A stretch of DNA of 64,000 bases from assembly GCF_006345805.1 (NCBI RefSeq), contig NC_043006.1, positions 92,442,001-92,506,000 on the forward strand, given 5' to 3'. Within the stretch, counting starts at the first letter, position 1, and the number at the start of each line of letters is the position of its first letter. A program made the translations under genes and the position numbers. This document shows, one piece after another, positions 12,769 through 26,256 of this stretch. The notes below the pieces were generated by a model that made no database searches, was not told the origin of the DNA, and saw only the letters and a list, made by a program, of their open reading frames with translations. The stretch comes from Octopus sinensis. Lineage: Eukaryota.

Positions 12769-14789
12769 CGTCATTGTGGTCCTGGAACTGGATTAGATGT
12801 AAAGAAGTTGGTCTAAATTTATTAGAGTTCTTTTTCTCTCTCGTAACTGTTACGTTTGAGATCAAATAACTGGATACTTTAATTTGGTGTTGGTTCAAAT
12901 GGGGACAAACGATACGACTTAGAGTTATCTGACCATCTCAAAACATTTGTTTTCTTCGAAAAGATATCATTTCTTTGTTAAATTAACATCTGAAATGTTC
13001 GTTGTAGTCTATATAAGCTGTATCGAAATTCAGTAAAAAACTGGCTCATATTTCACCCAATATAAATGAAAGAAATTAAAATTTGACTTACACACAATTT
13101 ACACATTACACAGCTGCTTAAATCTTTCTGTATTAGGTTATCATTATAAGACATTTTCATCACTTCAGCTCTTCCATATTTACACAGATTTAGTGCACAT
13201 CTTGTCATCACCGTTTTGTTAGATCATCGAATAGAATACTTTGAAGATTGTTTCAAACTTTCTCCGGTCGAAGTTGATTCCCCGTTATAAATTTAGTTTT
13301 TCATTTGTTCAAGGTCCCTACCTAAAGTTACCAATAGAAAGCTACAACCATCTGCCATGTATTGTTTGTTACAGCTTTTTATATTCTGATTTCGAATCCA
13401 GTCACGGCGTATTTTGGTCGTAAACTAATTCTATGGCCCAATTCAACATAACCATCTGGTACCGTGGATGCCTTTGACGGAATGTTGTCCATTGCATGCG
13501 TTCCAGCTACTTCCTCGGTTTACATATTTGCTTCCCTAACAAATATGACGGGCGACGATATTTGCTTCAAGGATGCAAAACCAAGTTGAAAATGTTTAGA
13601 AACAAGGCCAATTATTTTCGATCTCAATAACAAAACAAACTTAGGTTTAAGAATAAGTATTGCTTTTATTATATTTGTTCATCAATCAAAAAAATCAGCC
13701 CCCAAATATTTCTATGCTCGTTTGCTTTGGCAAGGAAGTTTTTTCAGGAGGATGTTCAAAATGTTTTCATTGTTCAACTTTTTATGTACCGTGTGCCAGA
13801 TGGAGTTGCTGCATTGTACTAGAGACAAAAAAAAACACTTCATTTTGTATCCAGCCAAAATTTTAGAGGGGCGCTTGCAACCTCTGCACCCTGTGTTCCC
13901 GAGCCAACGTCCTAATAGTCTCGAAGATAGTGTAAGATGCTATCTACTTCGCCTTCCTTCCTAACTCAACAGATAAAAACAGACCGGTAGCGCGTGGATA
14001 GTTCTCTTTTAATCAAACTGTGTTTCCATTTCATTTTATAGTATCTTCGATACGTAATGTGTTAGGCTCTGAAGACGCCGAGATTAGAATAATTTGGAGA
14101 AGACATGCACATACACACAATAATTATATACATACACACATATACGCATGCGTATATACATATACGTATATTTACACGCACACATACTTATCTGCATATG
14201 TATTTGTGAGTATGCATGCATAAGCAAATAGGTACAAACACACACACATATACATACACATATAAATGCGGCTAGATGCGTTGAATGAATCGTGTCATGA
14301 ATCTATATAAGGATGATATTAAACATCTTTATTATTCATTTGATAGTAAAAATATTGCTGCTGGTACCAAACAAACTATTCATTAAAATTGTCTAACTTA
14401 TACGTGTACGTTTGACGAAACATTTACTTGTTTCTCAAATACATTACGTTCAAAGCTAGTTTCAAAAATCTAATATGAATAGTAAAGTTATATGTGGAGG
14501 TTTCACGGAATATAAGGATTTCTTTTTATTTGTGAATAACCATTGGTTTCTTTTGACTATTCACATGGTCAAAGTATACATTCAATAAAATCGATCTTAA
14601 TATAATTCTGGTACTGATTTCATTACCTTCTTGCACATTAACGCTACAAACGGTTTCCGCTGCGAATAACCGTTAAAACTGAAACGAAATCGTATGTTAA
14701 TATTTATATAATATAAAAGTCATCAAATCTTGTTTCAGGGACGATTTCTGCATAAAGAACACATGGATAATTAGATAAAATGCTCATGA

Positions 14790-16350
14790 TATATTTCTTT
14801 CATCTGCTTTATACGTTTTGGCCATGCAGCTGCGGTCATTCTGGAGCACCACCTTTCCACATACCTCGCATATGACCGTTTTTTCTGGGCAGCTGGATTC
14901 TATCGCCACACATTTAGATACGCTTTTCTCCCGGTTGTTGGCTAATTTGGTGTATAAATAAGTTTGACGCTGCCACAACCCTCGTCTACCCTTCATGCCC
15001 AGACGTAGGCTGATCTGATATCAAGCATGGGAGAATGCCCAGTTTCTGTCAGGAGATATTCGCATTCAAATTATGCAGGTTTCTTTGTTCTTTTGCGAGA
15101 GTATTGAAGAACAGTGAGCTTTTTAATCCTAATCTATTGCTGTTACTGGTTTTCAAATTAGATGAGTAGATGGTACATTCGGTACTACGCAATGCCATCC
15201 AGTCCAGGCATTTGCATAAATTTTGTTGCTCAAGTCAGGTCCTGGCCCTTGCAAACATTTTCCACATGTAAATTATGACAAATTCCTCACGTCGTCCCTC
15301 TAAAGAGTAAAGTCTTAATCTTTTTAAGACTCTCTAAGTGATTCATCTGCAACTGTCTTGTTGGTGGAGTAGTGCTGGGCCAAAGGTCTTCCACGGGATC
15401 AACATGAATTCTTAGCCTCTTGACCTAGAAAATCTTAGTATCCACACTGCCTACGCTTTATTGTTATCTTGGTAATGTGCATGTGAAATGATGCATTGTT
15501 ACACATACTGATCCTCAATTCTCTCATTGTCTGGAACTCTGCGATCGCAGCGCCTTCTTGATCTAAAAGCGCAGACTGCATTTGTGAGCTGACAGCGCAG
15601 TACTTGAAGTTTCCTAATGATAAACTGCATATTGTCTTGTTCAGCCCATTTGGATATATTGAATTTAGATCCCACGACAGGCTTACGGCATCGCCGGGGC
15701 TCTTTATTGCCCGTGATAACTTTCTACCGTCGTCGTAGCTATTGAGAATGAGTGTCTGAATGATCATTGTCCTGTCTAAGTGTGCTATTATAATTAGTGT
15801 TGGTTCCAGGACTCAAAATATGCTGGTTCTAGGACTCAAAACGTATTTTCCCTAGAGCGGGTATCATTGGCTGCAATTTCCTCATGTCTGTTTTTCACTA
15901 AGACATGTAGCCGGTCTCTCCGTTCACCTGGTATCACGCTACGACACAGCATGTCAGGTGTCTTTGCAAGGTCTAAATATATCACACCAACATTTAAATG
16001 GTCGAGCAACTACATCTAGCCAAGTAATGGTGCCGTAAGGGACATGTATGAAGCAGTTTGATCTGGGACGGAAACTATGTTGGATATCGCTCTGCAAGTT
16101 GTTTTCTTCTCGGAACAGAACCAGTTTCCTTCTGACGATTCGATCTGTGACTTTGCTGATATGTGAAATCATCGATATGTGAAATTATCGATCCTAAATG
16201 GATGAAAAGGAATGTTGATCTTGGCGGCATGTTTCAAACAGAGAATGTAAAGGGCCGCCCGGGATACTGCAAGGCATTTCTCCTAGACTCAAATAGCTTT
16301 GTTAGTCTTCCATTATTAAATATTGTGTGGCGACGCTTTGTTTTTGGTAC
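14790..16350 (-). mobile_element. CR1-group LINE, 5'-truncated and degraded (RT and C-terminus)
   Basis: ORF 15954-16172 ISHISKVTDRIVRRKLVLFREENNLQSDIQHSFRPRSNC (cf. SHISKVMERIVR..L..NNLLSDxQHGFRPGRSC); ORF 15435-15767 YDDGRKLSRAI...DLNSIY (degenerate YADD region); many stops. Confidence 0.85.
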
Positions 16351-19037
16351 GGCCCATGAGGGGTAAGTAGAGTGCTTCAAGTGGCGGTTAATATCGTGCA
16401 TATGATAAGCATAGGTATGTAAACAGGGAAACACACGCATTCATAAGCACACTCACAAATTCTGTGTCTCGGATTTTATACGCATATCTTTGACTTGTTA
16501 TATAGTTCCATTCATTAATCCAAGGAATTCTACCTGGCAATATATCTGATATTATCCACACCCACACATCTTCCTAATTCTGCGTAACTTATGTAGACTC
16601 CAGATTCTGTTTCTTTTCTGTTGCTCAACCTTGTTCGAATTTCTGAACTCTGGACTTTTTATTAACGATCCTCCCTCATACAATATTTATTTGGGTTACA
16701 TGATTTAAAATGTTAAACTTTTAACAGGCCACAATATTTAAAAAGCTTACCTTGACAAACTTCGATAGGTTATACTGGAATTTAGGAGTGAAACTGTATA
16801 TAGAATATAAGAACCGTATATAATATATAAGAACATTATTTTATTCTTTCAAGGTCGATAAAATAAGTAGCAGTGAAGCACTGGTGTCAAATAATCAACT
16901 TGATCTCTCCCTCCACATTGTTGGCCTTGATCCAAAATTAGAAACCAATATTAATCACTTCTTTTTCATAAATATATCATCAATATTTCTCTTTTCATTT
17001 TACACATACACGCACACAACCACCTCCATTACACTATGTATATATATATGTGTGTGTGTGTGTGTGGTGTGTGTGTGTGTGTGTGTGTATGTGTGTGTGC
17101 TCGCGCGCGCGCGTGTTTATGCGTATGCCTTGCTATAATATTTCCCAATTAACTATTAGCAAACATTACTTTTCATTTCATCTTCCGTAATAACTTAATT
17201 TTCTTTGCATTGCTTATTTTGTTTCTAAATATTAGGTTATTAGAGAGTAAGAAAGCAGGTGTTCCTCTATGGTAAATAATGACCAATTAATATGTATTCA
17301 TGTGGATTGCATTTGGAAAGGTAATATTGCCAGATGTAGTTAAACGTGAGTAGTTATAATTTTCATTGTTCAATACCCTGTATGTAATAAGCTGTTGGTT
17401 ACATGCCACTTGCATATGTTTCCGTGTTCAGATTAGAACAGATTCAAAGCGGTTAATTAGATGTGAGGAAACATAATTCAACCCAGTAATTAAGCTAATG
17501 CCTTATACTATACTATGTTCTGAGATATCTTTCATAATGTGTATAACCCGAAAACATATCTGTAATTAATGATTTTATTTAAATTTAAAGGACAAGTCAT
17601 ATCAATATCGTTCCATTTCTGACTGAATTCTAGGTTTAATTTGCATAGGATTGTAAGTGACAACGGTAAAGTGTGTCGCTGCTCGACACTGCTATATATT
17701 TTCTTGTTTACTAGCTTATCTGCAGACTTGCTGTTATAACCAATGTACTTCAATATCTTACAAGAGTGGGTATATAACTGTAGTTTATGCGAATTTTTAA
17801 CATCCCTTATGTGATGTATTCTGCAGCCTATAACGTGATTCTTGAACAGATTTAAGGAGCAGCGTTCTACACATAAAGAAGTGCTTTAAATATTTATTGG
17901 AGAACGTAATAAGACACCAAAAATGGTGAATGGAAAAAGAGATCGGTCTTTTGTTTGTTAAAGTAAAAGATGTGTCCTTAGGTTTATTACAACGCTAATA
18001 GCGCTAAAGAAGAGCAATTATTTTATGAAGTGGCTGAAGTCTGTTGGTGGCCGTTTGTCAATCTACCGAATGGCGTTCTTCCGATCGAGGATAAACGGCA
18101 AATGGCCATTTATTGGCCATCTTATTGCGAACTTCTTGTTTCTTATATATTTCGTGGTTTTACTGATAATAAAAGCAAGGGCATTTTTTTATTGCAAATA
18201 TCAAGAACCATTGGTTCCAAAAGTAGAATGGTAAATATGTCGTAGATCAGGTGTTACAAAGACGGCATTGCTCACCAAATTATCACCGTGATAGAGATTT
18301 AAAAAAAGCAAAATGATGAAACACGTTTGTCAACAACTATTTTTTATTAATTTTGGGGAGCCGATGTGTAAACTAGCAGAATCAAAGATTTAGACAATTA
18401 CGTGAATTGACGAACAGATGAGTATTTCTCCTGTAGGCTACAATGGTTCTATTAGAGTAAAAATCTTCGAATAATGTCCATAAATCAGCTTCCTGTATTA
18501 CGTGAAACAATTAATTGATATTCGAGATTTAGTATTGACTTTGTTTGAAGAGGTAGTATCAAGGGAGGTAACTGTCAAAAAAAATCAGTTTTTATATAAT
18601 TGACAAATCAAATATACTTACATCAAATTATATATAATTTATTTTTTTAAATCAATTCATTTCGTGTTTTAATATTTATCATGCGAAAGCATTAACTGCT
18701 TTATTAATTTCTGCGGAATGAGTTTTACTTGTCTTAGGCCCCTCAGTCAATTGTAATTTTCATCATTGGGCACAGTATTTCAAGAGAAGCTCTATTCTAA
18801 ACAAGATCAGATGGATGATGGGAAATGATCTTCCAACTTGCGCGTGAGCGTTTTATTTCGGGTATGGTGGAACAATTTACTAACAACGCTAACAGTGGCA
18901 TCCTTGTAGTAGCTTATATCAAGTGTCACTTGTGCCTAAAGCAAAATGATAAATGTCCTGTGGAGTAACAACCCTCAATTATTTTTCTGCCATAGTAATT
19001 ATCACACATACACATGAAAATACACTGATAATATATA

Positions 19038-19458
19038 TACTCTTTACTCTTTTACTCTTTTACTTGTTTCAGTCATTTGACTGCGGCCATGCTGGAGCAG
19101 CGCCTTTAGTCGAGCAAATCGACCCAGGGACTTATTCTTTGCAAGCCCAGTACTTATTCTATCGGTCCCTTTTTGCCGAACCGCTAAGTGACGGGGACGT
19201 AAACACACCAGCATCGGTTTTCAAGCAATGCTAGGGGGACAAACACAGATACACAAACACACACACACATACATATATATATGTATACATATATACGACA
19301 GGCTTCTTTCAGTTTCCGTCTACCAAATCCACTCACAAGGCATTGGTCGGACCGGGGCTATAGCAGAAGACACTTGCCTAAGATGCCACGCAGTGGGACT
19401 GAACCCGGAACCATGTGGTTGGTTAGCAAGCTACTTACCACACAGCCACTCCTGCGCC
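19038..19458 (-). mobile_element. tRNA-derived SINE family D, full length, with internal (TA/TG)n
   Basis: The reverse complement reads ggcgcaggagtggctgtgtgg (A box), ggttcagtccc (B box), internal microsatellite, 3' half and an (agagtaaa)n tail. Confidence 0.95.
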
Positions 19459-19582
19459 TATGTATATATATATATAATATATATATATATATACATATAT
19501 ATATACATATATATATACATACATATATATACATATATACATATAAATATATATATATATATGTATATATATATACATATAC

Positions 19583-19638
<56 letters not shown>

Positions 19639-19650
19639 TCGTATACATAT

Positions 19651-19690
<40 letters not shown>
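19459..19690. repeat. Long (TA)n-rich compound microsatellite
   Basis: Direct reading; source of several spurious YI/IY ORFs. Confidence 0.98.
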
Positions 19691-19904
19691 TTGTGAGTGT
19701 CTGTGTTTGTTCCCTCATCATCGCTTGCCAACCGATGTTGGTGTGTTGAAGTTCACGTAACTTAACGCTTCGGTAATAAAAGACCGATATAATAAGTAAT
19801 AGGCTTACAAAGAATAAGTCCTGGGGTCGATTTGCTCGACTACATGCGGTGCTCCAGCATGGCTGCAGTTAAATGACTGAAACAAGTAAAAGAATAAAAG
19901 AATA
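19691..19904 (+). mobile_element. SINE family D, 3' half only
   Basis: aaccgatgttggtgtg...ggggtcgatttgctcgac...gctccagcatggc...gaaacaagtaaaagaataaaagaata; inverted relative to 19038-19250. Confidence 0.9.
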
Positions 19905-20879
19905 TGTATATATATGTGAGTTTGTGTATGTATACGCACACATACACACACGCACCTATATATTTTCTATAAGATTTGTTTTATTGCGTCATAAAAATGC
20001 ATCATCATTTTTTTATGTGGTAAAAGTTAACCTCAAACACACGTCATTTTTCTCATACTTGATGAAAAAGGAGAGGAAATATATTTTGTTGTCAAGGAAT
20101 ACTAGTACAATGTTTTTCAGTAATAACATTGATATCATTTTTACTGGCAGAAACGAAAAACAATTTCAGATAGCTTTATTCTAGAGGAAAATTTGCTTCC
20201 TGTATGATTACCTTCACGAAGCCATTGTTCGCAATTTTTTTCCTTTTCCTGAACACTATTTTCTAGTCATCAATATCGACACCGTACCAACATGATGTTC
20301 AATTGTGGTTTATATATTTTTATCAGGCTGCACGTAAGAGTGAATGAGAATACACACGTGATTGTAAAGAAATCATCTGTTCTGACCAAAACCCTTCTAC
20401 AACTCCAATGTATTAGATTTTTGCAATTATAAATCATGCACGTTCTTCCTTGTTTTCATCGAAATATTTAGCAAAATATGAACAGAAAAAATAAACTATT
20501 TACTGAATTCCATACATGGTAGGTTTCTCTCTAGATTCTTCAATATTATGTTTTATATCATACGTTACAGCTTGAAACATTGTTATTACTGAACGGCTGA
20601 ATCTGTACAGCGCTGAGCTGTGAGATTGTACATATGTTTCTCAACATCCTAAGTTCAGATCTCATCAGAACTATATTTGTCTTTTACTGCTCCGCCTTCC
20701 ATGTATGTATTTCTGACTATTTTTGTCATAATAATTCAGGTGGCAAAGTGTCACATAACCGGAACGTAAAACGGACGATGATATGGATCAAATTTTAGCT
20801 TTCATTAGGTTGGAAACTGATAAGAATTAATTAGTGAATGACTTCAACAAGATAGTCTTTAGGCTGAAGAGACTATCTT

Positions 20880-21008
20880 CCTTCCTTCCTTCCTTCCTTC
20901 CTTCCTTCCTACCTACCTACCTACCTACCTACCTACCTACCTACCTACCTACCTACCTACATACATACATACATATATACATACACACATACACACATAT
21001 ATACATAC
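20880..21008. repeat. (CCTT)n-(CCTA)n-(CATA)n compound tetranucleotide repeat
   Basis: Direct reading. Confidence 0.97.
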
Positions 21009-22116
21009 AAAAATACCCTGTTGTTGATGTTGAAATTCCAATGAAAGGGCATTGGATCTAAGTTAGAAAACGGTTCTCTTTTTGCAAGAAATATTGTTGA
21101 AATAATTTAATAATGACATAATACATACATACATACATTCATACGTACGTACATGCGCCAGTATAATCATGAGAGGATTTAGACACCTTCTAACTCCTCT
21201 CAAACTTAAACCAGCAGACCATTGAGAATGTGATGACCAAATGATGAGAAGAGTGCACCTGTACTAAGTCGCTGCTAATTTCTAGCTGTGTAGACTCAGC
21301 TGAAATAAAATACCACGAAAGGAAATGCCATGCTCAGTCTCAATTCCGCCGCCTAGCAAAGGGATCAAATCCATCGTCTTATAAGGTCACAATAATTCGT
21401 ACTTATATATGTGTGTGTGTATGTGTGTCTGTGTGTGTGAGAGTGCGTGTAGGTGTAGAGTGAGAGATGTTTTATATTAAATCACTCAGTTATATCAAAT
21501 TTAGTTTTTCTGCTCTGAGGCCAAAGTCCTTTATTAAAGTTATACATGCATCAAAGGTTTGAGTAGATAAAACACAAACCAAAAATAGTCTGTTGTTTCA
21601 GGTTTCGTAGTAAGAAAAGGTATTTATGTGGTATTGCATCGACACATAAGCTGTCGAATGTTCACAAGGTGGAAAACTTTCAAGATCTCAGAGACATGAT
21701 TCACCGCTGAATAGATCAATGTTTGATATTACAATGAGAAATATAAGAGCAATTATAAATTCAATAAAAGTTTTAAGTGTAATGTTAATATAGTAAAATG
21801 CTGACATTGGATCTGGGTTGCAGCTTTTGTGGAAAAATTGCTACAGTAGGGGAAATAGTCCTACTGAGGCGACTACAGAAAGATGAAAATTGACCTGGGC
21901 GGGATTTGAAAGCAGAATGTAACGTGAGGTAACCAAACATAAATAAACAGATTTATAGACTCGCTGAGTTATGAGCAGAAAGATATATCGTCATTAGTAT
22001 CAGAAGCGTAGTGACAAAACAATCGTATTGAACGGTAAAATAGAGAAATAACAGCTTGTTATTAACGAATATAGATTATATTAGTGTTAAAGCATGTTAA
22101 TGCTATGAACGGGTAT

Positions 22117-22350
22117 TTTGGAAGCACTCCGTCGGTTACGACGATGAGGGTTCCGGTTGATCCGAATCAACGGAACAGCCTGCTCGTGAAATTAACGTGT
22201 AAGTGGCTGAGCACTCCACAGACACGTGCACCCTTAACGTAGTTCTCGGGGATATTCAGCGTGACACAGAGAGTGACAAGGCCGGCCCTTTGAAATACAG
22301 GTACAACAGAAACAGGAAGTAAGAGTGAGAGAAAGTTGTGGTGAAAGAGT
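22117..22350 (-). mobile_element. SINE family B, head-less, part of a TSD-bounded composite (22117-22567)
   Basis: Tail nearly identical to 7158-7380; 12-bp direct repeat atgaacgggtat at 22105-22116 and 22568-22579. Confidence 0.88.
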
Positions 22351-24758
22351 TGATGTTGTAATTGTCAGTAAATATCGTTTCAGACTAATGCCTAGAAAAA
22401 GACCCCATGAGTCTAAATGTGTTCCATTTTACGGCCATGTTATTCAAGAAAAACACTGCAGGGTTCTGACCCCCCAAAACCTTTTAGCAAGTTCCTTAAT
22501 CCTCTGTAACCAAGTCACATAACTTGTTGAATACAGTATATTAAAACTGCAAATCTCTTTAATATACATGAACGGGTATAAAGAGAGCTTAACGGGAGAA
22601 ACACAGGTTACATAGTGTTACAGAGATAGCTATCATTAAAAGAAATCGAAAAACAAGAATTATTTTTACAGCGAGATGAGGCATGAATGCATGTATCTAT
22701 GTCGCTATTCAGTTTATTTCCAGATTTCTTACGAAAAGACAAAAAACCAGTTTCAAGACATGATGCGAGTATATTACTAATATCCATCGAACTGATTCTT
22801 ATATTACATACTTCAGCGTGTTTCAATAACATGAGAGGTTAAATTTAAACATATCGGAATAAATAGCCAAGAGGACAAGTAAAATAACTTTCTCAGACTT
22901 TCTCAACATTTAACGAAATATATTTAACATAAACAAATTGAAGGTAGAAAACTTAATAGACTCCTATGCACGAGAAGAGTACATAAATAATAGCAACTTT
23001 AGATCCAATGTCACGCCATTGCACAACTGCAGGAAAAATATATGAATGAACGAGCTTGGTCAACTGAAGATGGCTGAAAAAGCATTCAGTGAAAAAGCTG
23101 GAGAAACGGATAGAAAATGGATAGACAAATTGAATGTAGCTAAGAAAGTGAAAGCAATGATAAATTTACATGAGAGAAAATATCCAAGAGAAGAAAGAAA
23201 ATATCAAAATTGAAAGCCGCTTTCCATGGAAGATTGTTGTGTGAAACCGCGTTCTTGACATAATATTATAATGCTTCATACTACACACTTGCTACTTCAT
23301 CCAGCATAAAAAGTGCTGTAATTGTCCCTGTGTAGGAAAGAACCAGCTCAACTAAAATGTGCAATTGCAAGGCAATCCCATATTTATTTTAGAATCACCA
23401 GTGTTTTTAGCAAGTGATATATGCATTTACATTTTCATGGAACTAATGTATCTATTTGCGGAAAGCTTTTTCTTTTTTTCATTGTAATTTTTATCTACCT
23501 AAATGTAATGGGAAGATCAATTACTTGATAAGCATAAAAATTTACTCTTAACTCGAGAAAGTCAAATTCATTTCACATCTGACAAATATTTACAAAGAGG
23601 GTAAAATAAAAATAATAGAAACCAAACTGTGTGTCAAATGATTTGTTATCCAAAGACACGCCCGAAACTGTTGATTCGGGATCTTCCTAATCATGTTGAG
23701 CTGTTTAGAAAAGAAAGAAACCACAGGATTTCGAAACCCAATCAGTGAACTAACTTTAAGCTGTCGATCCTTAACCAAAAGACAAGTACGCATGCGCAGG
23801 TTGATGTATACGTTTTATTTGTTATGTAAGATTTATGAGTGAAACACACAAATCTCGTTTACTTTGCATATTAGTTATTCCCAAATACATTTTGCGATTT
23901 TGATTGTTTCGTTCCTTCCTGTTTTCCAGTAATCTACAACAACATAATTACATTATGGTTCAGCATCTTCCTAATTGGAAACATCATATCTCATTACAGT
24001 GTAATTCTACAAAACTGTTGCTATTGCTAATATGACGCCGACATCTATATGGCAAGGCAGTTCTAGATGGTTATTACTTTTATGCTGAAATATGCTCATT
24101 AAAATCATACAGCCTTTATAAATCACTGTAGGAAAGTGCTGCATTCCTGTAGTTCTTAATTTTTCAGGTTACTGGAGATCACAGGGACGTTCAATATTAC
24201 ATGTATTATTGTGTATTTATTCAGTGAGGAACTACATATATCTTAACTGAACAAGGAATGTCAATGTCATATGAGACGCAGCGTACAACATTCCACAGTC
24301 CATAACATGCTATAGCACGAAACTTATGACAAATTCTACTAGAAATGCTAACAGTTTGTTATTTAAATTGTATATATTGGACACTGCGAAATCTAATACA
24401 AAATATGAAATAATATCGTCCAAATCATTTAGGTATGTTACTTTAACGCGTTTATGAAACCAGCAAAATTGGTTTACTTCTGCGACATTGTGGTGAGATT
24501 GTTTGACTCACAAGTATAATGCTCGTCGGAACGATTCGAGTGTCGGGCAGTGCAATGTGCCTACGAGAATGATATTTCACTTCACAGTACTCTAATTGGT
24601 AAACATACGTTACACTTTGCGGGGCTGTTTGTATCAGCTCACAAGTACAGAAGTATCAGAATGCACTTAACACAAGCAATGGTACATATTCACAACCATA
24701 TCAATTTACGAGTGCCATCTATGGATATACATGGATGCGTCCGCACGCAAACACATAA

Positions 24759-24761
<3 letters not shown>

Positions 24762-24808
<47 letters not shown>
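24762..24808. repeat. (GA)n microsatellite
   Basis: Direct reading. Confidence 0.98.
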
Positions 24809-24810
<2 letters not shown>

Positions 24811-25482
24811 CTGATTACATCTAAAAGATGCTCTATGAACTGATGTCATATGGCGGTATCCAAAGATAATTGGGTGTTTCAATTCTCAACAGTAACACCC
24901 TCGCGTTGGTGGCTTAGCTGTGGTTGCTAAATCACTGTCTCTTATCTCTTGGTTTCCAGCTTATCTACTCTTTGCTCTTCCCCACGCACATACGAATACA
25001 CGTGTGCAACCGCACACACACAGAAACAAACATACACACTCATAGACACAGACACACATACACATAATCGTACCCAGCAATCTCAAGGGAATATTATTTG
25101 GTTACATAGTATCGCTAAAACTTTGAAATTGTTATGTACATATGAGTGTGTGTGTGTGTGTGTGTGTGTGCGCGTGTGTGTATATATATCACTATGTATA
25201 TATTTCTACAACTCTTATTTATATTTATACAATTCTTTTATATTTAATTCGATGCACGACATTTCTTTTTTAAGTCGGTTTCAAGTTCAAAAAGTATCTC
25301 TTTCCGAAGTATTACATCATAGGTATTCATATTGGCTGATTTTAATGGTAAATTTATGTATATAATGTATGTATGCATATAGGTATATGTGTGTGTGTAC
25401 ATATACACGAATATATATGCGTGTATGTATTATATAATATACGCATTTACATAAATACATACACATATATATATGTACATAC

Positions 25483-25527
<45 letters not shown>

Positions 25528-25643
25528 CATATATATACATGTATATGTATATACATACAACACACACACACCCACAGATGTATATATAACCTAGATCCAA
25601 GATTCTTTCATTGTAATTTCAACATCAATAGCAGGGTATTTTT

Positions 25644-25737
25644 GTATGTATGTATGTATGTATGTATGTATGTATGTATGTATGTATGTATGTATGTATG
25701 TATGTAGGTATGTAGGTATGTATGTATGCATGTATGT
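25644..25737. repeat. (TATG)n microsatellite
   Basis: Direct reading; adjoins the 3' end of the R4/Dong-like element. Confidence 0.98.
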
Positions 25738-26256
25738 GCAAACTTGTAACTTTTATGGATGCACTCTTACGCATATAGTTACATATCTAGGCATGCTCAT
25801 GGTAAACTTCTGGAAAGTTTTACAGATTTTTACAGTTCTAGTGATGGATAGGATCTGTAAACTTCGAATTAACTTTCTCCTTTCCTGGTTTTGAGAAGCC
25901 TAATTTCTCAAGATTGTTATTTAGGCAGTGTGTTACATATCCCCGGGCGGGCCCCAATAATTACAGGGATAAAGGTGAACTTGTAATCTGCATAGAGTAA
26001 CTGTAGATTTCTCAATAGTTCAACATAGGTGTTTTCTTTTTCGTTGATCTTCAGCTTATTGTTACGAGCAGCTAATTTCCACAACTGTGAACAATTTCTC
26101 TTCTCGATCCCAAATCATTATATCAGGTCTGTTGTGCTTACATTTTATTGAGATCTTCAGTGGTACATTCTACCACTATTCCTTTTTATTATGAGTGGCG
26201 ATGGCTTCTACCATATTGTGGGTTTATTTCTTTGTCCGCGGAGTTATCCTTCCGAT
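25738..26256 (-). mobile_element. R4/Dong-like non-LTR retrotransposon, 3' fragment with restriction-like endonuclease (RLE)
   Basis: My translation across frameshifts gives KHNRPDIMIWDREEKLFTVVEISC...EK.NTYVELLRNLQLLYADYKFTFIPVIIGA..GYVTHCL..NLEKLGF...RSLQILSI..TVKICKTFQKF, a PD-(D/E)xK RLE pattern. (TATG)n lies on both sides. Confidence 0.85.

Noticed and set aside
13380-13960. Possible hAT-type transposon end
   Set aside because: No matching second TIR or 8-bp TSD located.
19228-19760. Long ORFs rich in YI/IY/HT/CV (also at 25.3, 37.0, 40.1, 44.3-44.9, 47.8, 53.3-54.3 and 61.3 kb)
   Set aside because: They are translations of (TA)n, (CA)n or (GA)n, which lack stop codons in some frames; not genes.
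20605-20675. Minus-strand CUGAUGA...GAAACAUAUGUA with palindromic helix III
   Set aside because: Helix II does not close at G10.1 and helix I does not pair; could be chance or too decayed.
25931-25960. TGTTACA...ccccgggcgggcccc resembling an LTR start
   Set aside because: It lies within the minus-strand RLE coding region of the R4/Dong-like fragment.
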